Positions 29,884-39,659 of a DNA stretch of 64,000 bases are shown piece after piece (positions within the stretch are counted from its first letter, which is position 1; the number at the start of each line of letters is the position of its first letter). The position numbers were made by a program, and so were the translations under genes. This DNA comes from Candidatus Bathyarchaeia archaeon. GTDB lineage: Archaea; Thermoproteota; Bathyarchaeia; Bathyarchaeales; Bathycorpusculaceae. The DNA lies in NCBI GenBank assembly GCA_049515895.1, contig JBEKTQ010000007.1, forward strand, positions 125,164 through 189,163, given 5' to 3'. Under the pieces are notes generated by a model, which did not search any database, was not told where the DNA came from, and worked only from the letters and a program-made list of their open reading frames with translations.

Positions 29884-31347
29884 CTATTCGATGTAGGTTT
29901 TCTGAAGATTTCCAGAATAGTCAACATACACCGTTTTCAGCTCAGTAAATTCCCTCACGCCTTCAGGTCCGTCTTCCCGCGTGTTTCCCGAATGCTTGCT
30001 GCCTCCGAAAGGAAGGTGACATTCTGCGCCGATTGTCGGGCTGTTAACATAAGTTAATCCTGCCTGCAGCTTGTTGATTGCGACAAAAGCGTTCCTTATG
30101 CTGTTGGTGTATATGGAGGAGCTCAAGCCGTACTCAACGGAATTTGCAACCTCGATTGCCTCAACAAGGTTTCTTGCGGCGAAAATTGAGATTACTGGTC
30201 CAAAGATTTCCTCCTGAGCGATCCGCATGTTAACAGCGCAGTCAGTAAAGACAGTTGGCTCAAAGAAGTACCCTTTCAAATCTCTAGGTACACTGCCCCC
30301 AATAAGGAGCTTTGCGCCCTCTTTTTTCCCGATTTCCACGTATCTGCCTACTTTTTCTTGAGCCGCTTTATTAACTAAAGGTCCAAGGTCAGTTTTAGGG
30401 TCTAAACCATTTCCAAGTCGAAGTCTGCGGACCCGCTCGACCAGCATAGCTTCAAAGGCTTCTTTTATTTTCTCATGAACAATCACTCTGGAGCTGGCCG
30501 TGCATCTCTGCCCCGAGGTTTCAAAGCCGCCCCAAAGAACCCCGTCAACAGCCAGCTTAAGATCTGCATCATCCATAACAACAATCGGGTTTTTCCCGCC
30601 CATCTCAAGATTTACCCTTTTAAGCCCAGCCTCCCTCAGGATGGAGGCGCCTGTGTCTTTGTGTCCTGTGAAACTGATGACTCGCACACGTTTATCGCTA
30701 ATCAAAGCCATCCCGACGGTTTCGCCTGGACCAGTAACCAAATTAAGTACGCCCTTCGGGATACCTGCTTTTTCCACTATCTCGACAAGCTTAGTTGCGC
30801 AAAGCGGCGTGTCAGAAGCGGGCTTAAACACGGCGGTGTTCCCGCAGAGAAGCGAGTAAAAAACCTTTTTGGCAGGAATGGCTATGGGAAAATTCCATGG
30901 CGAAATCAACCCAGCCACGCCGATAGGCAGCCGAACCGTCATTGCAAACTTGCGTGGTTTTTCCGAGGGCGCCGTATACCCGAAGAGCCTTTTGCCTTCA
31001 CCCGCTGCGTAAAACCCAACGTTGATTGCCTCTTGAACGTCGGCGCTTGCGTCAAGCAACGTCTTTCCCATCTCTCGGGTCATAATTCGAGATAGCTCAT
31101 CCTTATTTTCGCTAAGCAACTGGGCAGCTTTAAAAATGTACTCGGCACGTTTCGGAGCTGGCGTATCCGACCAACCGTCAAAAGCTTCTTCAGCAAACTC
31201 AACTGCCTTCTGGGCGTCAAGAGCGTTTCCTTTCTGAAATTCCCCTATGACTTCGTCTGGGTCTGCAGGGTTAACCCTTGTGAAGGTTTCACCCGATTCT
31301 GAGTTTACCCATTCACCGTTGATGAACAATTGATATTTCGAAACCAT
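29884..31347 (-). CDS. NAD(P)-dependent aldehyde dehydrogenase
   Basis: PWNFP, KPA, FTG, LEMGGKNP, GQRCT, EEIFGP and PFGG motifs. Confidence 0.93.
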   Translation of the reverse strand: MVSKYQLFINGEWVNSESGETFTRVNPADPDEVIGEFQKGNALDAQKAVEFAEEAFDGWSDTPAPKRAEYIFKAAQLLSENKDELSRIMTREMGKTLLDASADVQEAINVGFYAAGEGKRLFGYTAPSEKPRKFAMTVRLPIGVAGLISPWNFPIAIPAKKVFYSLLCGNTAVFKPASDTPLCATKLVEIVEKAGIPKGVLNLVTGPGETVGMALISDKRVRVISFTGHKDTGASILREAGLKRVNLEMGGKNPIVVMDDADLKLAVDGVLWGGFETSGQRCTASSRVIVHEKIKEAFEAMLVERVRRLRLGNGLDPKTDLGPLVNKAAQEKVGRYVEIGKKEGAKLLIGGSVPRDLKGYFFEPTVFTDCAVNMRIAQEEIFGPVISIFAARNLVEAIEVANSVEYGLSSSIYTNSIRNAFVAINKLQAGLTYVNSPTIGAECHLPFGGSKHSGNTREDGPEGVREFTELKTVYVDYSGNLQKTYIE

Positions 31348-31400
31348 TTTAAACACTTCTTAATTTTTTTGGCCCTTCTAAAATTAACTGCTTTTTTGTC

Positions 31401-31429
31401 TGACCCTGCGTTTAATTTGTTCAGGGTCA
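31401..31429. promoter_or_regulatory. Inverted repeat TGACCCTG-N13-CAGGGTCA in divergent intergenic region
   Basis: Perfect 8-bp arms around an AT-rich spacer, between the ALDH and methyltransferase starts. Confidence 0.4.
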
Positions 31430-31533
31430 TGTTCTAGATTGTAAATAGCATTATTAACCTCTTCGAATCAAACGGAATTGAGAAAAAGTCTTTCTGACAC
31501 GGCGATGATTCTTAATCCTGAGAGTCGAATTGA

Positions 31534-32139
31534 ATGGAAGATTATGATTGGGATTCTGATTATGCATCAGGGAATTTTAGTCATTGGGAGCCGAATGCTC
31601 CGTCACCTGAGCTTGCTGCATTAATAGCTGCTGGGTTAATCGGGAAAAAAGCTAAGATTTTGGATGTCGGTTGTGGAGGTGGGTTGGACTCGATTTTTAT
31701 GGCGCAATGCTGGTTCAGCGTAACTGGCGTCGACTTAAGCAAGAAAGCGCTTAATATCGCCAGAGAAAGAGCAGACAAAGGCAAGGCTAAGGTTGACTGG
31801 TTAGTTGGTAGTGTTTTGCATTTGCCGATTAAAGCTGGAGCCTTCGATTTCGTTACTGACCGCGGTTTGTTTCACTTAATCGAAAACGTCGACAGACCGA
31901 GGTATGGTTCTGAAATATTCCGAGCCCTAAGACCCGGTGGGTATGCGGTGATTAGGGGAGCAAGCGAAGAAATTGGGCAAGATCGTTTTAACCCTATAAC
32001 CGAGGAAGCAATCGACAAAGCATTTCCAAAACCAAAATGGCACAGAGGTTCAGTCGTGCCTTTGCCACTTTCTTCCAGCGCTGGAACGATTGACGCCAGA
32101 ATCGCAATTCTGAAAAAGATAAACAAAAATTCCGTCTAG
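31534..32139 (+). CDS. Class I SAM-dependent methyltransferase (TPMT-like)
   Basis: ILDVGCGGG, GVDLS, FDFVTDRGLFH and LRPGG motifs. Confidence 0.88.
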   Translation: MEDYDWDSDYASGNFSHWEPNAPSPELAALIAAGLIGKKAKILDVGCGGGLDSIFMAQCWFSVTGVDLSKKALNIARERADKGKAKVDWLVGSVLHLPIKAGAFDFVTDRGLFHLIENVDRPRYGSEIFRALRPGGYAVIRGASEEIGQDRFNPITEEAIDKAFPKPKWHRGSVVPLPLSSSAGTIDARIAILKKINKNSV

Positions 32140-32150
32140 CTCGTTATAGC

Positions 32151-32315
32151 TTAAGCTGCTTTTCCAGAAAGTTCATGTTTCCTTACTATTCTGGTGCGGT
32201 ACCAACTCCAAATCTGCTCTGCGGCGTCCTCAGAGTATCCTGAATTGGTTAAAACTCTTTTGAACGAATGCTGTGATAACGTCTTCGGTTTTTTGTTGTT
32301 CTGTTGCGGTGGCAT
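32151..32315 (-). CDS. Small hypothetical protein (54 aa)
   Basis: Below the ORF-track cutoff. MPPQQNNKKPKTLSQHSFKRVLTNSGYSEDAAEQIWSWYRTRIVRKHELSGKAA, helical pattern, AT-rich TATA-like sequence upstream. Confidence 0.5.
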   Translation of the reverse strand: MPPQQNNKKPKTLSQHSFKRVLTNSGYSEDAAEQIWSWYRTRIVRKHELSGKAA

Positions 32316-32535
32316 ACTTTTTCAAACGGGGAAAAAATAATAAAGGTTTTGATTTTTGAATCAAATTTGTAGGTGTGTACAACGTGAATACAAATCATTC
32401 AAGCCTTATGGATTTCTTCAGTTGTTTTGCCGGTTTTCTCCATATTCCTGTCTGCAAGTTTTTGCATTTTCACTCTGAAAAAACCTTAAATGAGGCATTA
32501 ATCTCGTACCAAAATGAGTTTTTTGAGGAGTTTGC

Positions 32536-32867
32536 GACAGATTTGACTTTTTTTCGACTTCTATTGACTTTGGGGAGATTTAAGGAGATTTTGGGAGAAT
32601 TTGGGAGATTAAGGGAGAATTCGAAAATTTTCCATCGCCTTACGTCGCTAATCCTGTCATTAGCTTTGACTTTTTAAGACGTTTATTGACTTTTTCAGAC
32701 TTCTATTGACTTCTATTGACTTTTGTTGACGTTAGTAGACTTTAGTTGACTTTGGCAGACGATAGTTGACTTTAGTTGACGCAACCTGCAACCAATCCAA
32801 GCCCCAAACCAAAAAACCAACCCAAAACGCAAAGAACAAAATTTCCGCGACAAAAAACCGCAAAACC
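32536..32867. repeat. 10-bp-periodic tandem array A (GGAGA-type and GAC-type units) plus conserved C/A-rich tail
   Basis: Twelve consecutive 10-mers ending in GAC (32661-32780), an upstream sub-array (32536-32620), then tail GCAACCTGCAAC...CCCAAAAC...TTCCGC. Confidence 0.9.
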
Positions 32868-32900
32868 TCCAGCTCACACCTCTCGACCGGCATTTCCCTT

Positions 32901-33028
32901 GCGATTTTTTTTGGATTCTTTTAGATTTTTCTAGATCTTTCTAGATGTTTTTAGATGTTTCTAGATGATAGTTGCAATAGCTGCAAGCCCCAAACCAAGA
33001 AACCAACCCAAAACACAAAGAACAAAAT
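32901..33028. repeat. 10-bp-periodic array C ((C/T)TAGAT units) plus tail
   Basis: About seven 10-mers (32901-32970); tail 32985-33028 is 42/44 identical to 32799-32842. Confidence 0.85.
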
Positions 33029-33041
33029 AGCTGAAAGAACT

Positions 33042-35126
33042 TTAGGTTTCATGCTTCTCTTCTTTTATTCCAAGTTGCTCCAGCATAGTGGAAAGGTTTT
33101 CGGTGGGAGGTAGGCATGTTTGGTCACGGCAAACGTAGGCGGTGGCTTTGCCTTCGATTTGCTGGTAAGCTAATCCTGCCTTGTCAGGGGTGGTAAGTGC
33201 GATTACGGCGGTTGGCAGGTAATTGTGTCTTAGTGTTTTGAGCATTTCTTGCGTGTCCTTTGCGTTTAAGTCGCCGATTACTGTTACCATGTAGGATGGG
33301 CCGAGTTGGAAGTCAAGTGCGGAAAGAAAGAACGTGTAAACGTCGGGTGCACCTTCGACTTCTTCAGCGAAGGTTTTAGTCATTTGCGTCGCCATCTGCT
33401 CGTATGTGGGCTCGTTGGTTAAGCGGCTAAGCCACAGCAGGTTGTGAAACGCCACTGAGTTGCCTGATGGGGTTGCGCCGTCGTAGAGCTGTTTTATTTT
33501 TGGCATACCCGCCGGGGTGCTTTGTGTTTGGTAGAATCCGCCGTTTTGCTTGTCCCAAAACTTGCTCACCATGCTTTTGGTAAGGTCGATGGCGGCTTGA
33601 AGGTACACGTAATTGAACGCCGCCTCGTACAACTGTATTAGCCCAAACACCGCGTAGGCGTAGTCATCTAGAAATCCCTCTATAGCCACTTCGCCTTTCG
33701 CGTAACGATGATACAACACTTCTCCTTTCCGCATATAATTCAATAGAAAATCGGCTGTCTTGGATGCCGCAGTAAGATACGCAGTGTTGTCGAAGACGCT
33801 ACCAGCTTTGGCTAAAGCCGCAATCATCAAGCCGTTCCAGTCGGCTAAGACCTTGTCATCTACCGCTGGAGCGACCCGTCTTTGTCTTGCTTCAAAAAGG
33901 GTGTTTTGGATTTTGCCCATCTGCATAATTAGTTGATCAACTGTTAAACCCTTGTATGAAGCGAGGTCCTCAAGGCGTTCTGCAATGTGAAAAATGTTTT
34001 TGCCGTTTGCATGCCCAGTTTCGTCAAGATAATTGCCTTCAGGTCTCAAGCCATAGAGGTGAACCGCCAATTCTGAGTCTGCCGGAGCCAAGACATCGAG
34101 AACCTCGTCGACAGTCCACAGATAAAATTTGCCTTCTTCACCTTCTGAGTCAGCGTCTTGAGCGGAGAAAAACCCGCCTTCGCCACCTGCAGACAGCTCA
34201 CGAAGAATATATTCCAAGGTTTCTTTTCCTGTAATCTTGAACTTGGGGGCGCCCGTCGCCTGATACGCTTCGACATACGCCAGCGTAAGCAAACCTTGGT
34301 CGTAAAGCGTTTTTTCGTAATGAGGAACCAACCAGCTCGCGTCGGTGCTGTACCTGTGAAAACCAAAACCGATTTGGTCAAAGATTCCCCCCAACCGCAT
34401 TTGGCGCAAAGTATTTTCAGCGATAGACAAAGCGCTTTTATCCCCAGTGTGAGCATACCGGCGCAGAAGATACAGAAGCTTGTGGGGGGTGGGAAACTTT
34501 GGGGCTGACCCGAACCCGCCGTTTTCCTTGTCGTAATCCAGCTTGAGACGGTCGAAGCCATCCTGCAAAACCTCAGGGGCGAGCTGGTTTTGTGGGGTTC
34601 TTTTTTCCACGGCTTCTATACGCGACTTGATGTCTGCGCCAACCATTTCCATTTGGGAACGCTGCGTTTTCCAAATTTGCATTACCTGCGGAATAAGGTC
34701 GAGCATGCCGATTATGCCTGGTCGGCTGTGTTTAGGGATGTAGCTTTGCGCATAGAAAGGGTTCAGTTTAGGCGTCATTATTATGTTTAGGGGCCACCCA
34801 CAGTTTCTGCCCATGGCTTGGCAAACAGCCATATACGAAGCGTCTATGTCGGGTCTTTCTTCGCGGTCAACCTTTATGCATACAAACGCCTGATTAAGCA
34901 GCTCTGCAACTTGCTTGTCGTTAAAGCATTCCATTTCCATAACGTGGCACCAATGACAAGTCGAGTAGCCTATGCTGAGGAAAATGGGTTTATCCTCTGC
35001 TTTGGATTTGTCTAGAGCTTCCTGGTTCCAAGGGTACCAGTCTACTGGGTTATAGGCATGCTGAAGAAGATAAGGGCTTTTTTCGTTGATGAGCCTGTTT
35101 GGTTCAGGTTCTTGTTTTGGCTGCAT
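33042..35126 (-). CDS. Thioredoxin-domain/six-hairpin protein (YyaL/SSP411 family)
   Basis: [40 protein letters not shown] and DADSEGEEG motifs. Confidence 0.92.
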   Translation of the reverse strand: MQPKQEPEPNRLINEKSPYLLQHAYNPVDWYPWNQEALDKSKAEDKPIFLSIGYSTCHWCHVMEMECFNDKQVAELLNQAFVCIKVDREERPDIDASYMAVCQAMGRNCGWPLNIIMTPKLNPFYAQSYIPKHSRPGIIGMLDLIPQVMQIWKTQRSQMEMVGADIKSRIEAVEKRTPQNQLAPEVLQDGFDRLKLDYDKENGGFGSAPKFPTPHKLLYLLRRYAHTGDKSALSIAENTLRQMRLGGIFDQIGFGFHRYSTDASWLVPHYEKTLYDQGLLTLAYVEAYQATGAPKFKITGKETLEYILRELSAGGEGGFFSAQDADSEGEEGKFYLWTVDEVLDVLAPADSELAVHLYGLRPEGNYLDETGHANGKNIFHIAERLEDLASYKGLTVDQLIMQMGKIQNTLFEARQRRVAPAVDDKVLADWNGLMIAALAKAGSVFDNTAYLTAASKTADFLLNYMRKGEVLYHRYAKGEVAIEGFLDDYAYAVFGLIQLYEAAFNYVYLQAAIDLTKSMVSKFWDKQNGGFYQTQSTPAGMPKIKQLYDGATPSGNSVAFHNLLWLSRLTNEPTYEQMATQMTKTFAEEVEGAPDVYTFFLSALDFQLGPSYMVTVIGDLNAKDTQEMLKTLRHNYLPTAVIALTTPDKAGLAYQQIEGKATAYVCRDQTCLPPTENLSTMLEQLGIKEEKHET

Positions 35127-35455
35127 AAAAGGTGACTTCCTGCTTCAGTATAAGCTTGGTGTCTTTTATTAACTGTTAGGGTTTGACTTGCTTGCGCCAT
35201 TTATTTGCATAATTTTTAGATTGTTTTTAGTATTTTAAGCGAAATGATTCTTCAATAATATTATTGGGATCGTTTGTGCGTTGAAGGGAGGATCCCTACC
35301 AATAAGAAAACAGCCCTAACTGACGCAACAAACGCGGATTGACATAACACTCTGGGCACCTTAAAATCAAAAGCCGAGACCGCTTGTTTATGAGTTTTCT
35401 TGTTGTTTCAGCAGGTTTATTGCTATTGAAGCCCACATTTCATTTGGGACTCATC

Positions 35456-36091
35456 ATGAATGTGGAGGAAGTCTTGTCAAAACTGCTAAGCTATTCCATG
35501 GAGCTTGACTTAGATTTGTCCAAGCCTGAGGACAGGTTCAAATGGTTTTTAGCTTCAGTGCTTTTTGCCAAGAGAATATCCGCGGAAACAGCCAAGGAGA
35601 CCTACCGTTATTTCGAACAAGAAGACTTGACGAGCCCAGATGCAATTTTGCAAGCGGGTTGGGACCGCCTAGTCGAAGTTCTCGATTCCGGAGGCTACAC
35701 CCGGTATGACTTTTCTACTGCGACAAACCTCTTGGGAATCGCAAAAACTTTGAAAGAACAGTACGGCAACTTGGAAAGGCTTCATTCAGAATCCAACAGC
35801 CCTGAAGATTTGGAAAGACGCTTGAAAGAGTTCAGAGGCGTTGGCCCCGTGTGCATAAGCATATTCCTCCGGGAGCTGAGAGGAATATGGGAAAAGGCAA
35901 AACCTGAACCTTCGCCGGCGACTGTTGCAACAGCACAAAAAATTGGTCTAAGAGCAGAATTCGTTGGGAGATATGAGTCTCAGCTGGTTCGGTTAAATCT
36001 TGAGTACTGCAAGAAAAATCGAAGCTCAGAATGCCCGCTTGGCAATAACTGCCCAGATAGAAAACCTCGTCAGTTAAGACCTTACAGGTAG
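35456..36091 (+). CDS. HhH-GPD / endonuclease III-like protein
   Basis: FKWFLASVL, GGYTRYD and FRGVGP..IFLRELR motifs. Start taken at ATG 35456. Confidence 0.75.
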   Translation: MNVEEVLSKLLSYSMELDLDLSKPEDRFKWFLASVLFAKRISAETAKETYRYFEQEDLTSPDAILQAGWDRLVEVLDSGGYTRYDFSTATNLLGIAKTLKEQYGNLERLHSESNSPEDLERRLKEFRGVGPVCISIFLRELRGIWEKAKPEPSPATVATAQKIGLRAEFVGRYESQLVRLNLEYCKKNRSSECPLGNNCPDRKPRQLRPYR

Positions 36092-36227
36092 CCACCGAAT
36101 TCACTGAGCAATTGCATCCTGATGACCCAAAGCGTCATTTGCGAGAAGCTCTCAAGCGAAGCAAGATATTTTGCAGTTTCAGCCAAAGAATTCAATTTTG
36201 TCTGAAAAGCAAGATTGCGGTTATTCC

Positions 36228-36812
36228 TTATTTTTGCAGCTGGCAGGATCTTATGCATTCTACCAGTGACTTGAGGTTTTCCATCCCTTTGTCTAAGGTG
36301 ACAAAGTTTTCGATTTCGCCTATTGCACTGCGTGGGATTAATACGACTACCTTGCTCAGGAATGGTCTATTGAACCCAAGTTCCATTGCAGCTTCGTTAG
36401 TTAAGGCGACCTGCATGCCCTTGACATGCCAGTCGCTGAAATTTACATCTAACCCTTCAACTTCTCCTACAACGAAGCCGCTTGGACTGACAACTTTTTT
36501 GCCTTCGACTTTGACGGTTTCTAACTGCATCTCTTTATCCGCTACGTCTTTGAGGCTTCCAATCGGCGCTTTAAGCGTTATTACATCGCCGACTACCTCG
36601 ATTAACTCAGTTGGCAGGCAAATCATTATTCTGCGCATGAACGGCTTTTTCAAGTTGAGTTCTGCCGCCGCTTCATCGCCGAGTATTACGTAGAAGGCAG
36701 TGGCTTGCCACTTGTAGAAGTCAACATGCAGATCGTTCATTTCGCCCAGTATGTAGCCTTCCGCTCCAACAACTTTCCTTCCTTTTAACAGTACAGGATT
36801 CATCGCGCTCAC
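36228..36812 (-). CDS. Tandem PRC-barrel domain protein
   Basis: Two homologous halves (GRKVV..EG..LGE..D..VD..W / GKKVV..SG..VGEV..LDV..W). Confidence 0.8.
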   Translation of the reverse strand: MSAMNPVLLKGRKVVGAEGYILGEMNDLHVDFYKWQATAFYVILGDEAAAELNLKKPFMRRIMICLPTELIEVVGDVITLKAPIGSLKDVADKEMQLETVKVEGKKVVSPSGFVVGEVEGLDVNFSDWHVKGMQVALTNEAAMELGFNRPFLSKVVVLIPRSAIGEIENFVTLDKGMENLKSLVECIRSCQLQK

Positions 36813-37234
36813 GTTCTCGGTTAATTCAACAGTTTCGAGAATAAATAACTTGCTAAATGCCAGCTCACAAGCGGGGAAAGGGTGATAAAAGTTTTTTTCC
36901 TCAAGTCTATAACCAAATAGCGATTAAGAAAAACATCAAACATTGGTTTTAGTTCAGCTATGATCTAAGGTTAATTGATGGCGATTCAATTAAAAGGCGG
37001 AGAAGAACGACAACAAGCATTTTTCAGTTGTTGTTGTTCTAAGTTTAGGTTGTACAAGCGGCAAAGTGTTGAAGAGATAACCAGTGTTCAGTAGTAGCAG
37101 AAGAAGAAGTGTGCACACTGCCATTATCTTCTTCTTTTGACAAAATAAATTTCTATGTTTTTTGTTCAACGCACTACTTTACTCTTTTTAAGGATTGAAA
37201 CAAGCTATGAAGCTAGTTATCGATATATGGTTGT

Positions 37235-37441
37235 TCAACGGTTAGTTTGCCTGTCCAGCCTACGGAAGATATAGTTTGCTGCTAACCCAACCACCAAGTC
37301 AGCGATAAGAAAGTCAATTAAATTAAGAATCCTGAAGAACAGGAGGACCGCAAACAGCACCACCAACACAATTGCCACGACTCCGATGCTTCGCTTTTTC
37401 CTTTGGATATTAGATGAAGCAGAACCGCTTGACCCGATCAT
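37235..37441 (-). CDS. Small two-TM membrane protein
   Basis: Two hydrophobic helices flanked by basic residues. Confidence 0.6.
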   Translation of the reverse strand: MIGSSGSASSNIQRKKRSIGVVAIVLVVLFAVLLFFRILNLIDFLIADLVVGLAANYIFRRLDRQTNR

Positions 37442-37688
37442 TTAGCACACCACACCTCACCAATCAATCAATAGCCTATAATCATTGCTGTTGCCAGCCG
37501 AAACTGGAAAAATGAAGTTCTTGTGCTTTGTTTTCTGTTGCTTTTTTCTCTTGGGATTTGCGCCATTTACAGGTGAATCAAAAAACTTGGCTTCTAAGAA
37601 CTATCGAAAACTAAGCGATCGCACCTAACTAATTTGGGTAATTCTTAAATAAGAACCACCTGAAAAATTAATCATGCTGGGAACCTGA

Positions 37689-38192
37689 ATATTTAGAGAC
37701 AGAGAACAGATTTGGCACCAAATTCAAGGAATAATTCAGAAATTCAGGGAAAAGGGAGCAACAAGCCCAGAAAAAGCATTGACCATTCAGGAACTGGGTT
37801 TGCCGCCTCGGTTCGAAGAAGCCATGCATCGAAGACTTGGACAAACAGGCATTTTCTTTGAAGTAAACGGCAAATACTACCTGAATGAAGAGCGGCTTAA
37901 ACAAATCCAGGAACAACGTGCCAACCGGACTGGTGGCGGCGGCTATAACAGACAGGGTGCTCCAGGCTGGCTACGTTACGGCAGAGTATTACTCATGTTG
38001 CCGATTGGCATCATTATTGTCGGCTTTTTACTGTTTTACTTTTACGTTAGTAACGGAGCCGGTTACTTTCCAGGTGAAATCCTCCTCATCTTGCTCGTTG
38101 TCTCATTGGTGTTGTTTATAGTTCGAATGCTTTTCTGGCGAGCACGAAGGCAATACAAACGCGAAGGCTGTATGCAGAACAAAACGCCATAA
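37689..38192 (+). CDS. Membrane protein with N-terminal winged-helix-like domain; probable ATA start
   Basis: The frame stays open 30 codons upstream of the track's TTG (IFRDREQIWHQIQGIIQKFREKGATSPEKA), back to ATA 37689 just after an in-frame TGA; two C-terminal TMs. Confidence 0.65.
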   Translation: MFRDREQIWHQIQGIIQKFREKGATSPEKALTIQELGLPPRFEEAMHRRLGQTGIFFEVNGKYYLNEERLKQIQEQRANRTGGGGYNRQGAPGWLRYGRVLLMLPIGIIIVGFLLFYFYVSNGAGYFPGEILLILLVVSLVLFIVRMLFWRARRQYKREGCMQNKTP

Positions 38193-38207
38193 TTACTGTA
38201 AAGAAAT

Positions 38208-38222
38208 GGGGCTCTAAGCCCC
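38208..38222. terminator. Hairpin GGGGCT-CTA-AGCCCC between convergent genes
   Basis: Perfect 6-bp GC-rich stem between stops at 38192 and 38248. Confidence 0.45.
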
Positions 38223-38247
38223 GAGTTTCATTCTTACGTTTTTGGCT

Positions 38248-39657
38248 CTAAATTTTGTCCAGGTTGAATGCTTCGTGAATGGCTCGGACAACTTCTTTCC
38301 CGTCTTTTTCTTTTACCACAAAAGAAATGTTCAGCTCCGACGAGCCCTGTGCAATCATTCGGATGTTTATGCCTTTTCTTGCGACTGTTGTGAATATTTT
38401 TGAGGCTACGCCCAAAGTGCCCTTCATATTGGCGCCAACAACAGCTATTACTGCCACGTCGTCTTCCGAAGAAATGTCGCTTACTAAGCCACCCCTATCA
38501 AGCAAGGCGATTTCAAGGCTGCTTATCGCCCTGCCTAAAACTCCTCGTCGAATAACCATTGAAATGTTGGCTTCTGAGGCAGCGGTAGATATCATCATAA
38601 CGTTAATGTTGTTTTTTCCGAGCACATCGAAAACTTTCGCGTAGCTTCCAGGTGCACCAACCATTCCTGCGCCGCTGACGTTTAACATTGCAACTTCCCT
38701 TATCATTGCTACCGCTTTAACGACTTGTTTTGCGTTCGCATCAGGCTCTTCCGTAATCAATGTGCCTTGGTTTTCCGGATGAAAAACACTGCGTATCCTC
38801 ACTGGGACGTTTTCTTTTATGACAGGCTCTAGAGCTCTTGGATGCATGGCTTTTGCGCCAAAAATCGCCATTTCCGCAGCTTCTTGATAGCTTAATTGCG
38901 GTAGCATTTTGGCGGCTGGAACTATTTTGGGGTCGGTGGTCATAATGCCGTCTACGTCAGTCCATATCCAGACTTCGTCAGCGCCTAATGCAACGCCTAA
39001 AATTGTTGCAGTGTAATCTGATCCACCCCGTCCAACTGTTGTCACTACTCCGTTTTGGTCCGCGGCAATGTAACCTGTAACAACTGGGACGACGCCTTTT
39101 TCAAGCAGTGGACTCAGCCTTTCTCGGATCAGGTGAGTGGTAAAGTTCATAAGTGGGTCTGCTTCCCCGAAGTTTGAGTCTGTTACGATACCTGCTTCTT
39201 TGCCTGTGAAACATTGAGTCTCCAGCTTGCGGTCTTTTATGGCTCCCCAAACAATTGGTGCTGAAAGCCGCTCGCCGAACGATAGTACATAATCTTTTGA
39301 CTTAGGCGTAAGCTCGCCAACATAGCATATGCCCGTTAACACCTTCTCGAGTTCAGCGATAGTTTTCTCTGTGATTTGAGTTACTTCTTTTTGAATCGCC
39401 TCGCTACTAATGGCCGATTTGATTGCCATCAAATGCTTCTCCGAAAGTTCCGTTGTGAAGGCTTGAATTTGTTTTTCATTGCTTCTCTTCGCTTGCTCTG
39501 CGACTTCAATCAGGCCGTTAGTTACTCCTGCTAAAGCTGATACAACAACGGCGATTCTGCAGTTGTTCTTGGCGTTTTGCTTTATTATAGAACTTACATG
39601 GCGTATATTTTCGCCCGTTGCTACGCTGCTACCGCCGAACTTCATGACTACTTTCAT
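38248..39657 (-). CDS. lysC: Aspartate kinase with two ACT domains
   Basis: KFGGSSV, GERLS, GRGGSD and WTDVDG motifs; ACT repeats. Confidence 0.93.
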   Translation of the reverse strand: MKVVMKFGGSSVATGENIRHVSSIIKQNAKNNCRIAVVVSALAGVTNGLIEVAEQAKRSNEKQIQAFTTELSEKHLMAIKSAISSEAIQKEVTQITEKTIAELEKVLTGICYVGELTPKSKDYVLSFGERLSAPIVWGAIKDRKLETQCFTGKEAGIVTDSNFGEADPLMNFTTHLIRERLSPLLEKGVVPVVTGYIAADQNGVVTTVGRGGSDYTATILGVALGADEVWIWTDVDGIMTTDPKIVPAAKMLPQLSYQEAAEMAIFGAKAMHPRALEPVIKENVPVRIRSVFHPENQGTLITEEPDANAKQVVKAVAMIREVAMLNVSGAGMVGAPGSYAKVFDVLGKNNINVMMISTAASEANISMVIRRGVLGRAISSLEIALLDRGGLVSDISSEDDVAVIAVVGANMKGTLGVASKIFTTVARKGINIRMIAQGSSELNISFVVKEKDGKEVVRAIHEAFNLDKI

Positions 39658-39659
39658 TT

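Noticed and set aside
31498-31526. GGCGATGA...CTGA as fluoride riboswitch or C/D-box RNA
   Set aside because: The required pairing partners are missing; the region more likely contains the TATA box of the methyltransferase gene.
32375-32677. 100-aa ORF crossing array A
   Set aside because: Phe/Leu-rich translation of T-rich repeat DNA, with a repeat period that is not a multiple of 3.
32661-32780. Similarity of array units (TGACTTTTGT) to the lysW/argG operator half-site
   Set aside because: The arrays are direct repeats lacking the inverted second half at N6 spacing; the match is short and AT-rich.
32536-32970. Arrays interpreted as CRISPR
   Set aside because: Contiguous 10-bp units with no unique spacers, no 23-47-bp repeat and no cas genes.
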